From positions 1-56,583 of IMG/VR virus record IMGVR_UViG_3300049182_000084: a stretch of 56,583 nucleotides of DNA, one strand, 5' to 3'. The translations under genes and the position numbers were made by a program. This document shows positions 45,313 through 53,045 of this stretch, in pieces (positions within the stretch are counted from its first letter, which is position 1; each line of letters begins with the position of its first letter). The notes beneath the pieces are model-generated. The model was not told the DNA's origin, searched no databases, and worked only from the letters and a program-made list of their open reading frames with translations. The stretch is from a virus. Taxonomy: Duplodnaviria; Caudoviricetes.

Positions 45313-46161
45313 TTATCGACAAGCGGCGAGCCTCAGCCTCTCCACTGCCTGCTGAAGCGCGTGCGCCGTGACGTCGCGCGCGATGAGCCCGTGCAGGTTG
45401 GCGTCCGGGTGTATACCGTCCGGTAGGTACACCGTCCAGCCAGGCAGGCCGAGCACGTAGGCCTGCACGTCCGCCAGCTGCGCGCCAGTCTCGGCCGCAA
45501 CCTCGCGCATTGCTGCGGCACGCGGGGCGCTGTCGTAGACCGCGGCCGTGGTCGGGCTCGGCGTCTGGAGGATCACGGCGGCCGGCGCGCTGGCCAGCGT
45601 GCGCAGGTTCGCCCGGTAGCGCTCGATCGTCACGCCCAGGGGCGCGTAGGCGTCATTGATGCCGTGGTTCACCAGCACCACGTCGGCTACCACTGAGCCG
45701 GGCCATGGAGCGTTCAGTCCGTCCGTGCCGGTGACGAGCTGCTCGGAGGTGGTGCCGCCTACCGCGCGGTTGTCGACCAGCACCGCGCCGGCGCCGAAGC
45801 GGCGATCGAGCTCGGCCTGCAGGTAGGGTGCGTGCGCGCGGTTGACGCTGTCGCCGAAGACTTGGACGCGGACTACGCGCGGGGTGCAGGTTGGGGGCTG
45901 GACCTGGGTGTCGCCGCCGCCTCCGCAGGCCGCCAAAGCCGTGGGGAAGAAAATGGCCAACAAGGCGCGTTTGACGCACTTTCCGCGTTCAGCGCGTGGT
46001 TTCTCCGCCCTCTGTGCACACTGTGCGCCGTGTGCACCGCCCCGATTGCAAATCCGTGTAGGTCGGTTCGACTCCGGCCCGCGCCTCCACCTCTCAAACG
46101 CCCCCTCTGCGGGGCGTTTTTCTTGGGGGGCCAATGGGGAAGTTTTTGGCAAAGTGCTCAT
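45313..46161 (-). CDS. SGNH/GDSL hydrolase lipoprotein; reading frame spans attP
   Basis: FGDS, NRAVGG, NHGIND, DGIHP blocks; lipobox LAAC near 45930. The only in-frame ATG upstream of the lipobox is 46161, overlapping the int stop. Confidence 0.8.
   Translation of the reverse strand: MSTLPKTSPLAPQEKRPAEGAFERWRRGPESNRPTRICNRGGAHGAQCAQRAEKPRAERGKCVKRALLAIFFPTALAACGGGGDTQVQPPTCTPRVVRVQVFGDSVNRAHAPYLQAELDRRFGAGAVLVDNRAVGGTTSEQLVTGTDGLNAPWPGSVVADVVLVNHGINDAYAPLGVTIERYRANLRTLASAPAAVILQTPSPTTAAVYDSAPRAAAMREVAAETGAQLADVQAYVLGLPGWTVYLPDGIHPDANLHGLIARDVTAHALQQAVERLRLAACR
45942..46153. other. attP: tRNA-Cys 3' core with flanking arm-type repeats
   Basis: Core GATTGCAAATCCGTGTAGGTCGGTTCGACTCCGGCCCGCGCCTCCA (46044-46089). 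Direct repeats TGGGGAAG-N4-TGGC(C/A)AA at 45942 and 46135. TGTGC three times at a 9-bp period (46013-46035). Confidence 0.88.
46096..46121 (+). terminator. Terminator for the reconstituted tRNA
   Basis: AAACGCCCC-N6-GGGGCGTTT-TT. Confidence 0.8.
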
Positions 46162-47114
46162 GCTTTCCTCGCTCCGATTGAGTTGATGGCCGCCTCCAGC
46201 GCGTCGTCATGCAGGTGGGCGTAGCGGCCCGTGCTGGCGGGGCTGCGGTGCCGCAGTACCTTGCCCACCACTGCCAGGCTGTGACCTTGGCTCAGCAGGT
46301 CCGAGGCCGTCGAGTGACGCAAGTCGTGGAAGTGCAGATGCTCCATCCCGGCACGCGCTCGAGCGGCGCGGAAGTGGTAGCCAACGATGAAGCGGGTCGG
46401 CCACTCGTAGTCCACGAGGCAGCGGATCTTGCGGTGCACCGGCATACGCACCGGGTCGCCGTTCTTCGAGTCCGGCAGCACGAAGCGGCCATCCTCCACT
46501 GTGGCGGCCAGAATCTCCCCCAGCCGCATGCCGCTGTAGAACGCGATGCGGATCAGCGCGCGGGTCTCCCAGTGGTCGCAGGCGCGCGCGAGCGCCAGCA
46601 TCTCGCCGCGGGTCACGTACACCTGCCGCTCGTTGCTCACCTCCGGAACGACGACGCGGGCCCCGGGGTCGTGCTCGGTCATCTTGTGGCGCTTCCAGGC
46701 GTAGCGGCACGCGGCGCGCAGGTAGGAGATGCGGTTCTTGATCGTGGCCGGCGCCAGCGCGCCGTCCTGGTCCTCGAAGTACTCGGCGCAGATGTCGGGG
46801 AGTTCGTCGATAGCCCGCCCGGTGTACCAGTCGAGCATGCCGTCGAGCTCCTGCTTGATGTTCGCGCCCGACTTGAGGTTGGGGACGCGCTCCTTCAGGT
46901 AACGAGCGACAGCTTCGTCAACGGTGCGCCGAGGCTTGGCGATTCCCGTCGCGAGCGCGTACAGGGCCGCGCCTTCCTTGCGGTCGAAGGCGTCGGCTTC
47001 GGTGCGGGTCCACCCGGCCGGGAGAAGCTGGCGCCTCCGAATGCGTTGCCCGTTGATGCGGCGATCGAAGTCGAAGCACCAGCAACCGGTGCGCTTGTCG
47101 CGGTAGATCGACAT
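46158..47114 (-). CDS. int: Tyrosine integrase
   Basis: SGMRLGE, SKNG, HDLRH, LRH, RYAH. Confidence 0.95.
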   Translation of the reverse strand: MSIYRDKRTGCWCFDFDRRINGQRIRRRQLLPAGWTRTEADAFDRKEGAALYALATGIAKPRRTVDEAVARYLKERVPNLKSGANIKQELDGMLDWYTGRAIDELPDICAEYFEDQDGALAPATIKNRISYLRAACRYAWKRHKMTEHDPGARVVVPEVSNERQVYVTRGEMLALARACDHWETRALIRIAFYSGMRLGEILAATVEDGRFVLPDSKNGDPVRMPVHRKIRCLVDYEWPTRFIVGYHFRAARARAGMEHLHFHDLRHSTASDLLSQGHSLAVVGKVLRHRSPASTGRYAHLHDDALEAAINSIGARKA

Positions 47115-47260
47115 GATGCGAGGTAGGTCTCCACGTCCTCGGGTTTGAAGCGCACGGCGCGGCCATGCCGGAAGCAGGCGAGCCGGCCCGCGGCGGCAAG
47201 ATCGTACACGGCCCGTTTGGACAGCCCGAGCTGGGCGGCGACGGCGGCAGCGGTGAGCAT
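46895..47260 (-). CDS. xis: Excisionase (HTH_17/MerR-like) overlapping the int 5' end
   Basis: MLTAAAVAAQLGLSKRAVYDLAAAGRLACFRHGRAVRFKPEDVETYL. Confidence 0.8.
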   Translation of the reverse strand: MLTAAAVAAQLGLSKRAVYDLAAAGRLACFRHGRAVRFKPEDVETYLASCRSTATSAPVAGASTSIAASTGNAFGGASFSRPGGPAPKPTPSTARKARPCTRSRRESPSLGAPLTKLSLVT

Positions 47261-47880
47261 CACTCGACCTCGAACCGGTTGCGCTTCCGGCTGTTCTCGC
47301 TGCCGGTGAGGACCTGCAGGTTCTCGGCGACGTGCAGGCCGCTCACCAGCTCGCCCTGCAGCGGGTAGCGGTGGTCGACGTGGTGCTCGATGCCGGTCGA
47401 GACAGTCAGCTCACGAGCGCGCGCATAGATCGCCTGGATGGCTTCCATGTTCGCCCAGGGCGGCGTGCGCCGCAGCCGCGCAGCGCGGCGCTTCGCTGCG
47501 TGGTGGCGCACGATGGCGGCATGTTCTTCAGCGCGCCGGCGGGCGATCTCGCGCCGCTCGGCGGCGTTGGGCTTGCGCGGCTTCGGAAGAGGCTCTGCGT
47601 TGGCGCGCCATTCGGCTTGGCGGCGTCCGAGCGGCGTTTCCTCCCAAGGAATCGCAGCCGGCGGAGTGACGGCCTGGGCCTGCTTGGTGGGGGTCGGGGC
47701 AGCAGGTTGGCGCGCCGCTTCGACCGCTTCGAAGTGCGCCCGGTAGAGCACCACCGGGCCACCGCGCGGGCGGCATGCCCGCGTGAAACCCTGCTTGTGC
47801 AACTCGCGCAACTGGGCGGCAGGCTGCGTGAGGCCGTTGGTGAGCTCCTGCAGCTCGGCGTCGGACAGTGTCAGGGACAC
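47260..47880 (-). CDS. DUF4224-like domain fused to HNH endonuclease
   Basis: N-terminal LSDAELQELTNGLTQPAAQLRELHKQGF...GPVVLYR; C-terminal RRTPPWA...HHVDHRYPLQGELVSGLHVAENLQVLTGSENSRK. Confidence 0.75.
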   Translation of the reverse strand: MSLTLSDAELQELTNGLTQPAAQLRELHKQGFTRACRPRGGPVVLYRAHFEAVEAARQPAAPTPTKQAQAVTPPAAIPWEETPLGRRQAEWRANAEPLPKPRKPNAAERREIARRRAEEHAAIVRHHAAKRRAARLRRTPPWANMEAIQAIYARARELTVSTGIEHHVDHRYPLQGELVSGLHVAENLQVLTGSENSRKRNRFEVE

Positions 47881-47967
47881 GCCGCCTCCCTCCAGGGCAG
47901 CAACGGGCAGCGCTCCGCAGGCGCGCGCTCCTGTGGCCGGCCTACACTTCCACGAGGAGGGACGGCA

Positions 47968-48348
47968 ATGGCGGATTTCAGGGACTTCGATGATGTCGCG
48001 GCGTGGGTTCGCGAGCAGCCAGGCGACCCGGTCGCAGTGCTCGACCAAGCGATTGGAACGGATCGCTTCTCGGGTCGGAATCGAACCCTGGCGGTGAGGT
48101 ACCGCGACAAGCTCATGGAGGAGGTGATACAGGCAGAGGGCGAGCGGCGGGAACGCCTTGCTGCGGTAGAGCGGGAACTGCGCGCGCGCGAAGTGACGTG
48201 CGCCGAGATGTCCGCCCAGGCGGCAGTCGACTCCGCGAACCACGCTGCTGCGTCGGCACGATGGGCGAAGTGGGCGCTGCTCGTCTCCGGGGTTGCTCTG
48301 CTTGTGTCCGTCGGGCCGCAAATTGGCAGACTGATCAAGGCGCTGTAG
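47968..48348 (+). CDS. Antisense moron: coiled coil with C-terminal TM
   Basis: SD GAGGAGG, TACACT at 47943, WAKWALLVSGVALLVSVG. Confidence 0.75.
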   Translation: MADFRDFDDVAAWVREQPGDPVAVLDQAIGTDRFSGRNRTLAVRYRDKLMEEVIQAEGERRERLAAVERELRAREVTCAEMSAQAAVDSANHAAASARWAKWALLVSGVALLVSVGPQIGRLIKAL

Positions 48349-48355
48349 CGTCGCA

Positions 48356-49273
48356 TCACCGCACCTCCGGGAACCCGTCGTGCTGCACGCCGTCGAGCAG
48401 GCGGCCTGCGGCCTTCTTGCCGACGCGCTCGATGCGATAGCGCATGCGTCCGCCGTTGACGCTCACAGCCGAATAGCGATCAGGCGCGCCGGGCGCCTCG
48501 ATGCGGCAGAGGTTGCCCGGGAGTCGCGTCGCCTCCGGGTGAATTGGCTCCCGCGATGTCTCGGCCCACTCGCCCCACTGCTTGAACATGAACGGCACGC
48601 CGGCCGCGGCGCACTGGTCGCGCAGCGAGCGGAACCAGTCGGGGTGGGCCGGCCGCGCCTTCGGGCCGCTCTCGCCGCCGGCGATGATCCAGTCGATGGT
48701 CGCGCCGCGCCGCACGAGCTCAAGCCCGCCGGCGAGCGCTTGCCCCAGGTCCACCGGACCGAGCATCGGCTCGATCGACAGGAACCGAACGCGCGCCGGC
48801 ACCGCCAGCAACTTCGGGATGTCGCGGTCGGCTTCCTCCTGGTTCACCACCGTGGCGCCGATCCAGACGTTGGGCACAAGGTCGCCACCCATGTAGCGCG
48901 GTAGCATGGCCGCCGCATTGCCGATCCGCTTCGTCAGCAGCAGCCAGTCGAGGTGAGGGGTTGCCGCGATCAGTTCGTACAGGTCTGCGCGCCAGTAGTC
49001 AGGCACCGCGTTGTCGAACACGTCGGCCAGCGAGGCGCAGAACACCCGGAAGCGCCGGCCCTCGCGCTCGGCCTGCGCGTTCCACTTCGGCGGCAAACGC
49101 CAGTTCGCATCGGTCGTGCGTCGCCGCGGCTCGCCGACGCCCCAGCGCACGGTGCCGCTGCGCTTCGCCCATGCCTCGGCGTAGCAGCCGTCGCAGCCTG
49201 GCGACACCTTCGTGCACCCCGTCCAGGGGTTGAACGTGTGGTCGGTCCACTCGATTTTCGTGTTCTCAGCCAT
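48356..49273 (-). CDS. DUF5131 (phage Gp37/Gp68) radical-SAM-like protein
   Basis: TKIEWTDHTFNPWTGCTKVSPGCDGCYA, LLLTKR, FLSIEPMLG, WIIAGGESG, FKQWG. Confidence 0.92.
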   Translation of the reverse strand: MAENTKIEWTDHTFNPWTGCTKVSPGCDGCYAEAWAKRSGTVRWGVGEPRRRTTDANWRLPPKWNAQAEREGRRFRVFCASLADVFDNAVPDYWRADLYELIAATPHLDWLLLTKRIGNAAAMLPRYMGGDLVPNVWIGATVVNQEEADRDIPKLLAVPARVRFLSIEPMLGPVDLGQALAGGLELVRRGATIDWIIAGGESGPKARPAHPDWFRSLRDQCAAAGVPFMFKQWGEWAETSREPIHPEATRLPGNLCRIEAPGAPDRYSAVSVNGGRMRYRIERVGKKAAGRLLDGVQHDGFPEVR

Positions 49274-49482
49274 CACACCCTCTCCAGATTCATTGCCCAC
49301 CCCGTCCCGCCGCCGACGAACCACACATCACCCTTCCGCCCCGAGCCGGTGACGTGGCTCACGGTGTAGACCTTCCGGTCCATGTACGGGGGCTTGAATC
49401 GAACGCGGTCGCCGGGTTCGAACGTTGGCGGGCCGAGCGGCTTGAACGGCTCGTGGCTGCCGGGCATGTGGTCGCGCGTCAT
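49273..49482 (-). CDS. Small beta-barrel-like protein (69 aa)
   Basis: FEPGDRVRFKP...; TGATG overlap with the DUF5131 start. Confidence 0.6.
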   Translation of the reverse strand: MTRDHMPGSHEPFKPLGPPTFEPGDRVRFKPPYMDRKVYTVSHVTGSGRKGDVWFVGGGTGWAMNLERV

Positions 49483-49510
49483 ACTGGGAGCTCCAACGGA
49501 GGAGGTGCAA

Positions 49511-49840
49511 ATGGATGCAGCAGTGGCAGCTCTGATCGGTGCCGCGATCGGGACACTGGGGTCGCTCGGCAGCACGTGGGTGCAGCAGAGGCATCAGAGC
49601 CGACGGGAGCGGCTGAAGGTCGCCGCCGATCTCGGCCTTGCCGACTACAAGGAGACGCTTGAGCTCGCGAAGGCCCAACCAGGCAGTTCAGCCGTGCCTC
49701 CGATGTCATGCTTCGTGGCCTACCACGCCGACATCCTGAACGCGCTAGCCGATGGGGGGCTGGACACGGAAAGGCTGGCAGCCATTGATGCCAAGCAGAT
49801 GGAAGTGCTGCGAGCGACGGCGGAGCGCAGAGGCCGCTGA
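49511..49840 (+). CDS. Antisense moron with N-terminal TM
   Basis: SD GGAGGAGG, CATACT at 49480, MDAAVAALIGAAIGTLGSLGSTWVQQR. Confidence 0.75.
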   Translation: MDAAVAALIGAAIGTLGSLGSTWVQQRHQSRRERLKVAADLGLADYKETLELAKAQPGSSAVPPMSCFVAYHADILNALADGGLDTERLAAIDAKQMEVLRATAERRGR

Positions 49841-49985
49841 CCTCCACTGCCATCACCAAGCAGCCGGGCCCTCCGCCAAGCAGCAGCACCGCGACGGCGA
49901 GCACCGCCAGCGCGGCGAGGGTGACGACGGCGTCGCGCAGGGCGTTCATACTGGCGCCCTCATAGTTCCGGTCGAAGGAGCCATC

Positions 49986-50183
49986 ATGGACACGCACCGT
50001 ATCGAAGTGAGCCGCGTGAAGGTTGGGTATCCGCAGGGTGGAGACCAGATCGAACTCCAGGTCGATGCGCGTGTGGAGCGCACTGCCACAGAAGTTGGCA
50101 AGACGCCGACGTCCTGGTTGACGATGACGAAGGCGCAGGCCGCGGTGCTGCATTCGCTGCTCGGAGACCTGCTGGGACGGTAG
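49986..50183 (+). CDS. Antisense moron (65 aa)
   Basis: SD AAGGAG, CATACT at 49947, ...WLTMTKAQAAVLHSLLGDLL. Confidence 0.65.
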   Translation: MDTHRIEVSRVKVGYPQGGDQIELQVDARVERTATEVGKTPTSWLTMTKAQAAVLHSLLGDLLGR

Positions 50184-50190
50184 GTGGCGA

Positions 50191-50403
50191 TCATTGCTGC
50201 GGCCCCTTTGGCAGCTCGGCCCAGTGCGTGACGTCGTAGACCGGCATGGCGGTCACGTCTCGCCAGACTGGCTTGCCGGCCTCGTCAGTTCCGTCGAGGA
50301 ACCCATCGAAGACGCCGGTCTCCGCGCCCGAGCACAGCACGGTCAGCTCAGCGTCGGGCAGCTGCTCGGCGGCAGGGATCCAGGTGATGGTCTCGGTGCT
50401 CAT
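50191..50403 (-). CDS. DUF551-like protein
   Basis: WIPAAEQLPD...VTHWAELPKGP. Confidence 0.8.
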   Translation of the reverse strand: MSTETITWIPAAEQLPDAELTVLCSGAETGVFDGFLDGTDEAGKPVWRDVTAMPVYDVTHWAELPKGPQQ

Positions 50404-51914
50404 GCGGCCCTCCGCTGCTCGAGCTCGACAAAGTTCGCCCGGACGATGGCCGCGGCCACCGGCGGGCACACGCTGTTTCCGCACATGCGAACCTGTGCCG
50501 CCTTCGACAGCACGCGGCCGTCGGCGCCGCGGTCGATGGCATAGGTGTCGGGGAAGCCCTGCGCACGGTACAGCTCGCGCGGTTGCAGCATGCGCATGCC
50601 GATGTCGGCGATGAAGTACTCCTCGCCGTGCACGGTCACGAGGCCGAAGCGGTCCTTCGTCGTGACGGTGTGCAGCGGCTCGTCCAGGCGCGGGTCTTGG
50701 TCGGTGCCGTAGTACTTCACGAGCAGCGCGCGGACCTCGGCGTGGTGGAAGCCCTGGGCACTCACCGTGTGCAGGGGCTCATTCGCCGCAGCACCGATGT
50801 TCGTGCCGCGCAGCTTTGCCAGATGCGACGTCACGAGGTGATGGTGGTCCTGCGTGGTCACCGTGCTGCACGGCAGGGCCAGAGGCCAGCCTGGCGACTC
50901 CTTGCCGCCAAAGTGCTTCGCGAGGAACGCGGCGACCAGCGCGTGCTTCTGGCCGTCGACGCAGGTGCCGAGGGGCTTGTCGAGCCCGGGTGCGCGCGGC
51001 GCCTGGCCTGGCCGCTCCCCGTAGCCGGTCTGGATCAGTGTCGGCGCGGCCAGCGCGAGCTCGCCTCGCTTCGCTGTGGTGATCGTGCGCAGCGGCTCGT
51101 CGATCGGATGGACATTGCCGTTCTGGTTGTGCGTCACCGGCACGATGAACGGCTTCGCTGCATCGATGACAAAGCGCTTCAGCCCGTGGGCGATGCGCCG
51201 GAGCGTCGCCTCGACCAGCGGCCTGTCACGCTCGAAGATGCTGGGACACGGGATCGACCAGTCGATGCACTCTGCGGCCGTGCGGTACGGCTTGCGGCCG
51301 GGCCCGTGCGTCGGCTCGGGCCAGACGATCGGCATGCCGTCGCGACGCGCGGTCAGGAACAGGCGCTTGCGGATCGTCGGCGCGCCGAAGTCGCACGCGC
51401 GCAGCTCGCGGTGCTCGACCTTGTAGCCCAGGCGCTCGAGCGCGCGCTTCCAGGTCCTAAACGTGCGGCCCTTGCGATCAGGGCAGACACGGCCGTTGGG
51501 CAGCACCGGGCCCCACGTCTGGAACTCCTCCACGTTCTCGAGATGGATCACGCGCGGGCGCGCCAGCTTGGCCCACTTCACGACGACCCAGGCCAAGCCG
51601 CGGATCTTCTTCGATACCGGCTTCCCGCCCTTCGCCTTGCTGAAGTGCTTGCAGTCCGGCGAGGCCCACAGCAGGCCGACCGGGCGGCCCTCGGTCACCG
51701 CGACAGGGTCGACCTCGAAGACGTCGGACACGAAGTGCTGCGTCTGCGGGTGGTTCGCCTGGTGCAGGCTCACCGCCTCGTGGTCGTGGTTGACCGCGAT
51801 GTCGACGTGCCGGCCGATGGCCTGCTCGATGCCGAGCGACGCGCCGCCGCCGCCGGCGAACAGATCGACGACGAGCTCGTGCGCGAGCGGGAGGATGAGC
51901 TGGCGAGCGGTCAT
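50400..51914 (-). CDS. DNA (cytosine-5) methyltransferase
   Basis: DLFAGGGG, ASPDCKHFS, ENVEEF, RKRLF, GNSVCP; five PLxTxT-type repeats in the variable region. Confidence 0.93.
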   Translation of the reverse strand: MTARQLILPLAHELVVDLFAGGGGASLGIEQAIGRHVDIAVNHDHEAVSLHQANHPQTQHFVSDVFEVDPVAVTEGRPVGLLWASPDCKHFSKAKGGKPVSKKIRGLAWVVVKWAKLARPRVIHLENVEEFQTWGPVLPNGRVCPDRKGRTFRTWKRALERLGYKVEHRELRACDFGAPTIRKRLFLTARRDGMPIVWPEPTHGPGRKPYRTAAECIDWSIPCPSIFERDRPLVEATLRRIAHGLKRFVIDAAKPFIVPVTHNQNGNVHPIDEPLRTITTAKRGELALAAPTLIQTGYGERPGQAPRAPGLDKPLGTCVDGQKHALVAAFLAKHFGGKESPGWPLALPCSTVTTQDHHHLVTSHLAKLRGTNIGAAANEPLHTVSAQGFHHAEVRALLVKYYGTDQDPRLDEPLHTVTTKDRFGLVTVHGEEYFIADIGMRMLQPRELYRAQGFPDTYAIDRGADGRVLSKAAQVRMCGNSVCPPVAAAIVRANFVELEQRRAA

Positions 51915-51917
51915 GGC

Positions 51918-52136
51918 TCAGTGCCTCGTCGACTCGGGCTCGGGATGCGCCACCACGCCGACGTCCTGCAGCTGCACGACCTGGCCGGCGGCGACCATGG
52001 CGCGGATCGCGGCGAGCGCCTGGCAGGCGTGGCACGTGCACGGCTGGGTGCGGCGGCGCCACTGGGCCACGCGCGTGCGCATGGTGGCGCGCTGCTGGTC
52101 TTCCTGGCGCAGGCGGCGGGTGGTGTTCGCGCTCAT
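51918..52136 (-). CDS. Hypothetical protein with CxCxxC
   Basis: MSANTTRRLRQ...PCTCHACQAL. Confidence 0.55.
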   Translation of the reverse strand: MSANTTRRLRQEDQQRATMRTRVAQWRRRTQPCTCHACQALAAIRAMVAAGQVVQLQDVGVVAHPEPESTRH

Positions 52137-52354
52137 GCCGGCCTCCACTGCACCCACGCCCCGCGCGCATAGACCGCCGTGTAGGCCACCGTGAGCCCCA
52201 GGATCCCCCAGCCGTCGGCCTGCCATGCGAAGTGCATCCAGAACGGCTGCCCGCACAGGCCAAGGACCGGCGCCCACTTGCGGCCAGGCTGCCAGTTGCC
52301 CATGGCGAGCCATAGGGCGCTGAGGCCGAACACGGCGATTGCGAGTTGGGTCAT
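52133..52354 (-). CDS. Small 3-TM membrane protein (PnuC half-transporter-like pattern)
   Basis: MTQLAIAVFGLSALWL...GLCGQPFWMHFAWQADGWGIL...YARGAWVQW. Confidence 0.65.
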   Translation of the reverse strand: MTQLAIAVFGLSALWLAMGNWQPGRKWAPVLGLCGQPFWMHFAWQADGWGILGLTVAYTAVYARGAWVQWRPA

Positions 52355-52764
52355 GCGATGACTCCGACGCCGCGATAGCCGACGAGGATCGACGGCGGCA
52401 GCGGAAACGTGCCGTCGACCTTTCGCCACAGGTGCAGGCAGAACGGGTGGTTGTTGACGTACTGCGACTCGGGCGGGTGGAACTGCACGACGCAGTCGCT
52501 GGCGTCCCAGAACAAGCCCTTGACGTGGGACATCTCTTCCCACGTCGGGCACCGGTGCGGGAGCGACACGCTGACGTGCTCCCACCCAGCCAGGGTCGGG
52601 TCTTCGTCGGGCACGACCAAGCCATCGCTCGCGATGATCTTCAGCGGCGGACCCCTGCGGTCGTGCGGGTTCGGAGCGAAGAACGCGCCGTTGTTGCCGA
52701 TGCTGGCGTCGGTTCCGAATGGTCCGGTGCGCACGCGGTAGCGCTCGGGGACGTGGAAGCTCAT
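52351..52764 (-). CDS. Conserved phage protein with WEHVSVS...PTWEEM...LHLW motif
   Basis: Motif-rich ORF; coupled to neighbours. Confidence 0.75.
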   Translation of the reverse strand: MSFHVPERYRVRTGPFGTDASIGNNGAFFAPNPHDRRGPPLKIIASDGLVVPDEDPTLAGWEHVSVSLPHRCPTWEEMSHVKGLFWDASDCVVQFHPPESQYVNNHPFCLHLWRKVDGTFPLPPSILVGYRGVGVIA

Positions 52765-53045
52765 GCGTAGTCCTGGTCGAACACGATCGCGACGTCGCCG
52801 CAGACCGGGTGCGTCGTGCCAGGTCGGCAATTCGCGTGATAGAGGGCAGTGGCCTTCGGGTTCACAGGCTTGCCGTCGATCATCCCGGTGTCATCGACGA
52901 ACATCACCTGCCGCGGCGCGCCGAGGTGTCGCAGGTTGACGGTGTCGAGTCCGTTCGCGCCGATCAGCTTGTTGATCTGCGCGATGGTCTGCGGTGTGTC
53001 GAGCGGCTCCTCGGTGCCGTCGACGCGGATGACGCGGCGGCTCAC
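52761..53045 (-). CDS. DUF3846-like protein
   Basis: MFVDDTGMIDGKPVNPKATALY...VCGDVAIV. Confidence 0.7.
   Translation of the reverse strand: MSRRVIRVDGTEEPLDTPQTIAQINKLIGANGLDTVNLRHLGAPRQVMFVDDTGMIDGKPVNPKATALYHANCRPGTTHPVCGDVAIVFDQDYA

Noticed and set aside
46010-46089. Complete tRNA-Cys gene
   Set aside because: The 5' acceptor strand and D-arm are absent; only the part from the anticodon arm to CCA is present, as expected for attP.
50400-51914. Restriction-modification system
   Set aside because: No cognate restriction endonuclease beside it; orphan C5 methyltransferases are common in temperate phage early regions.
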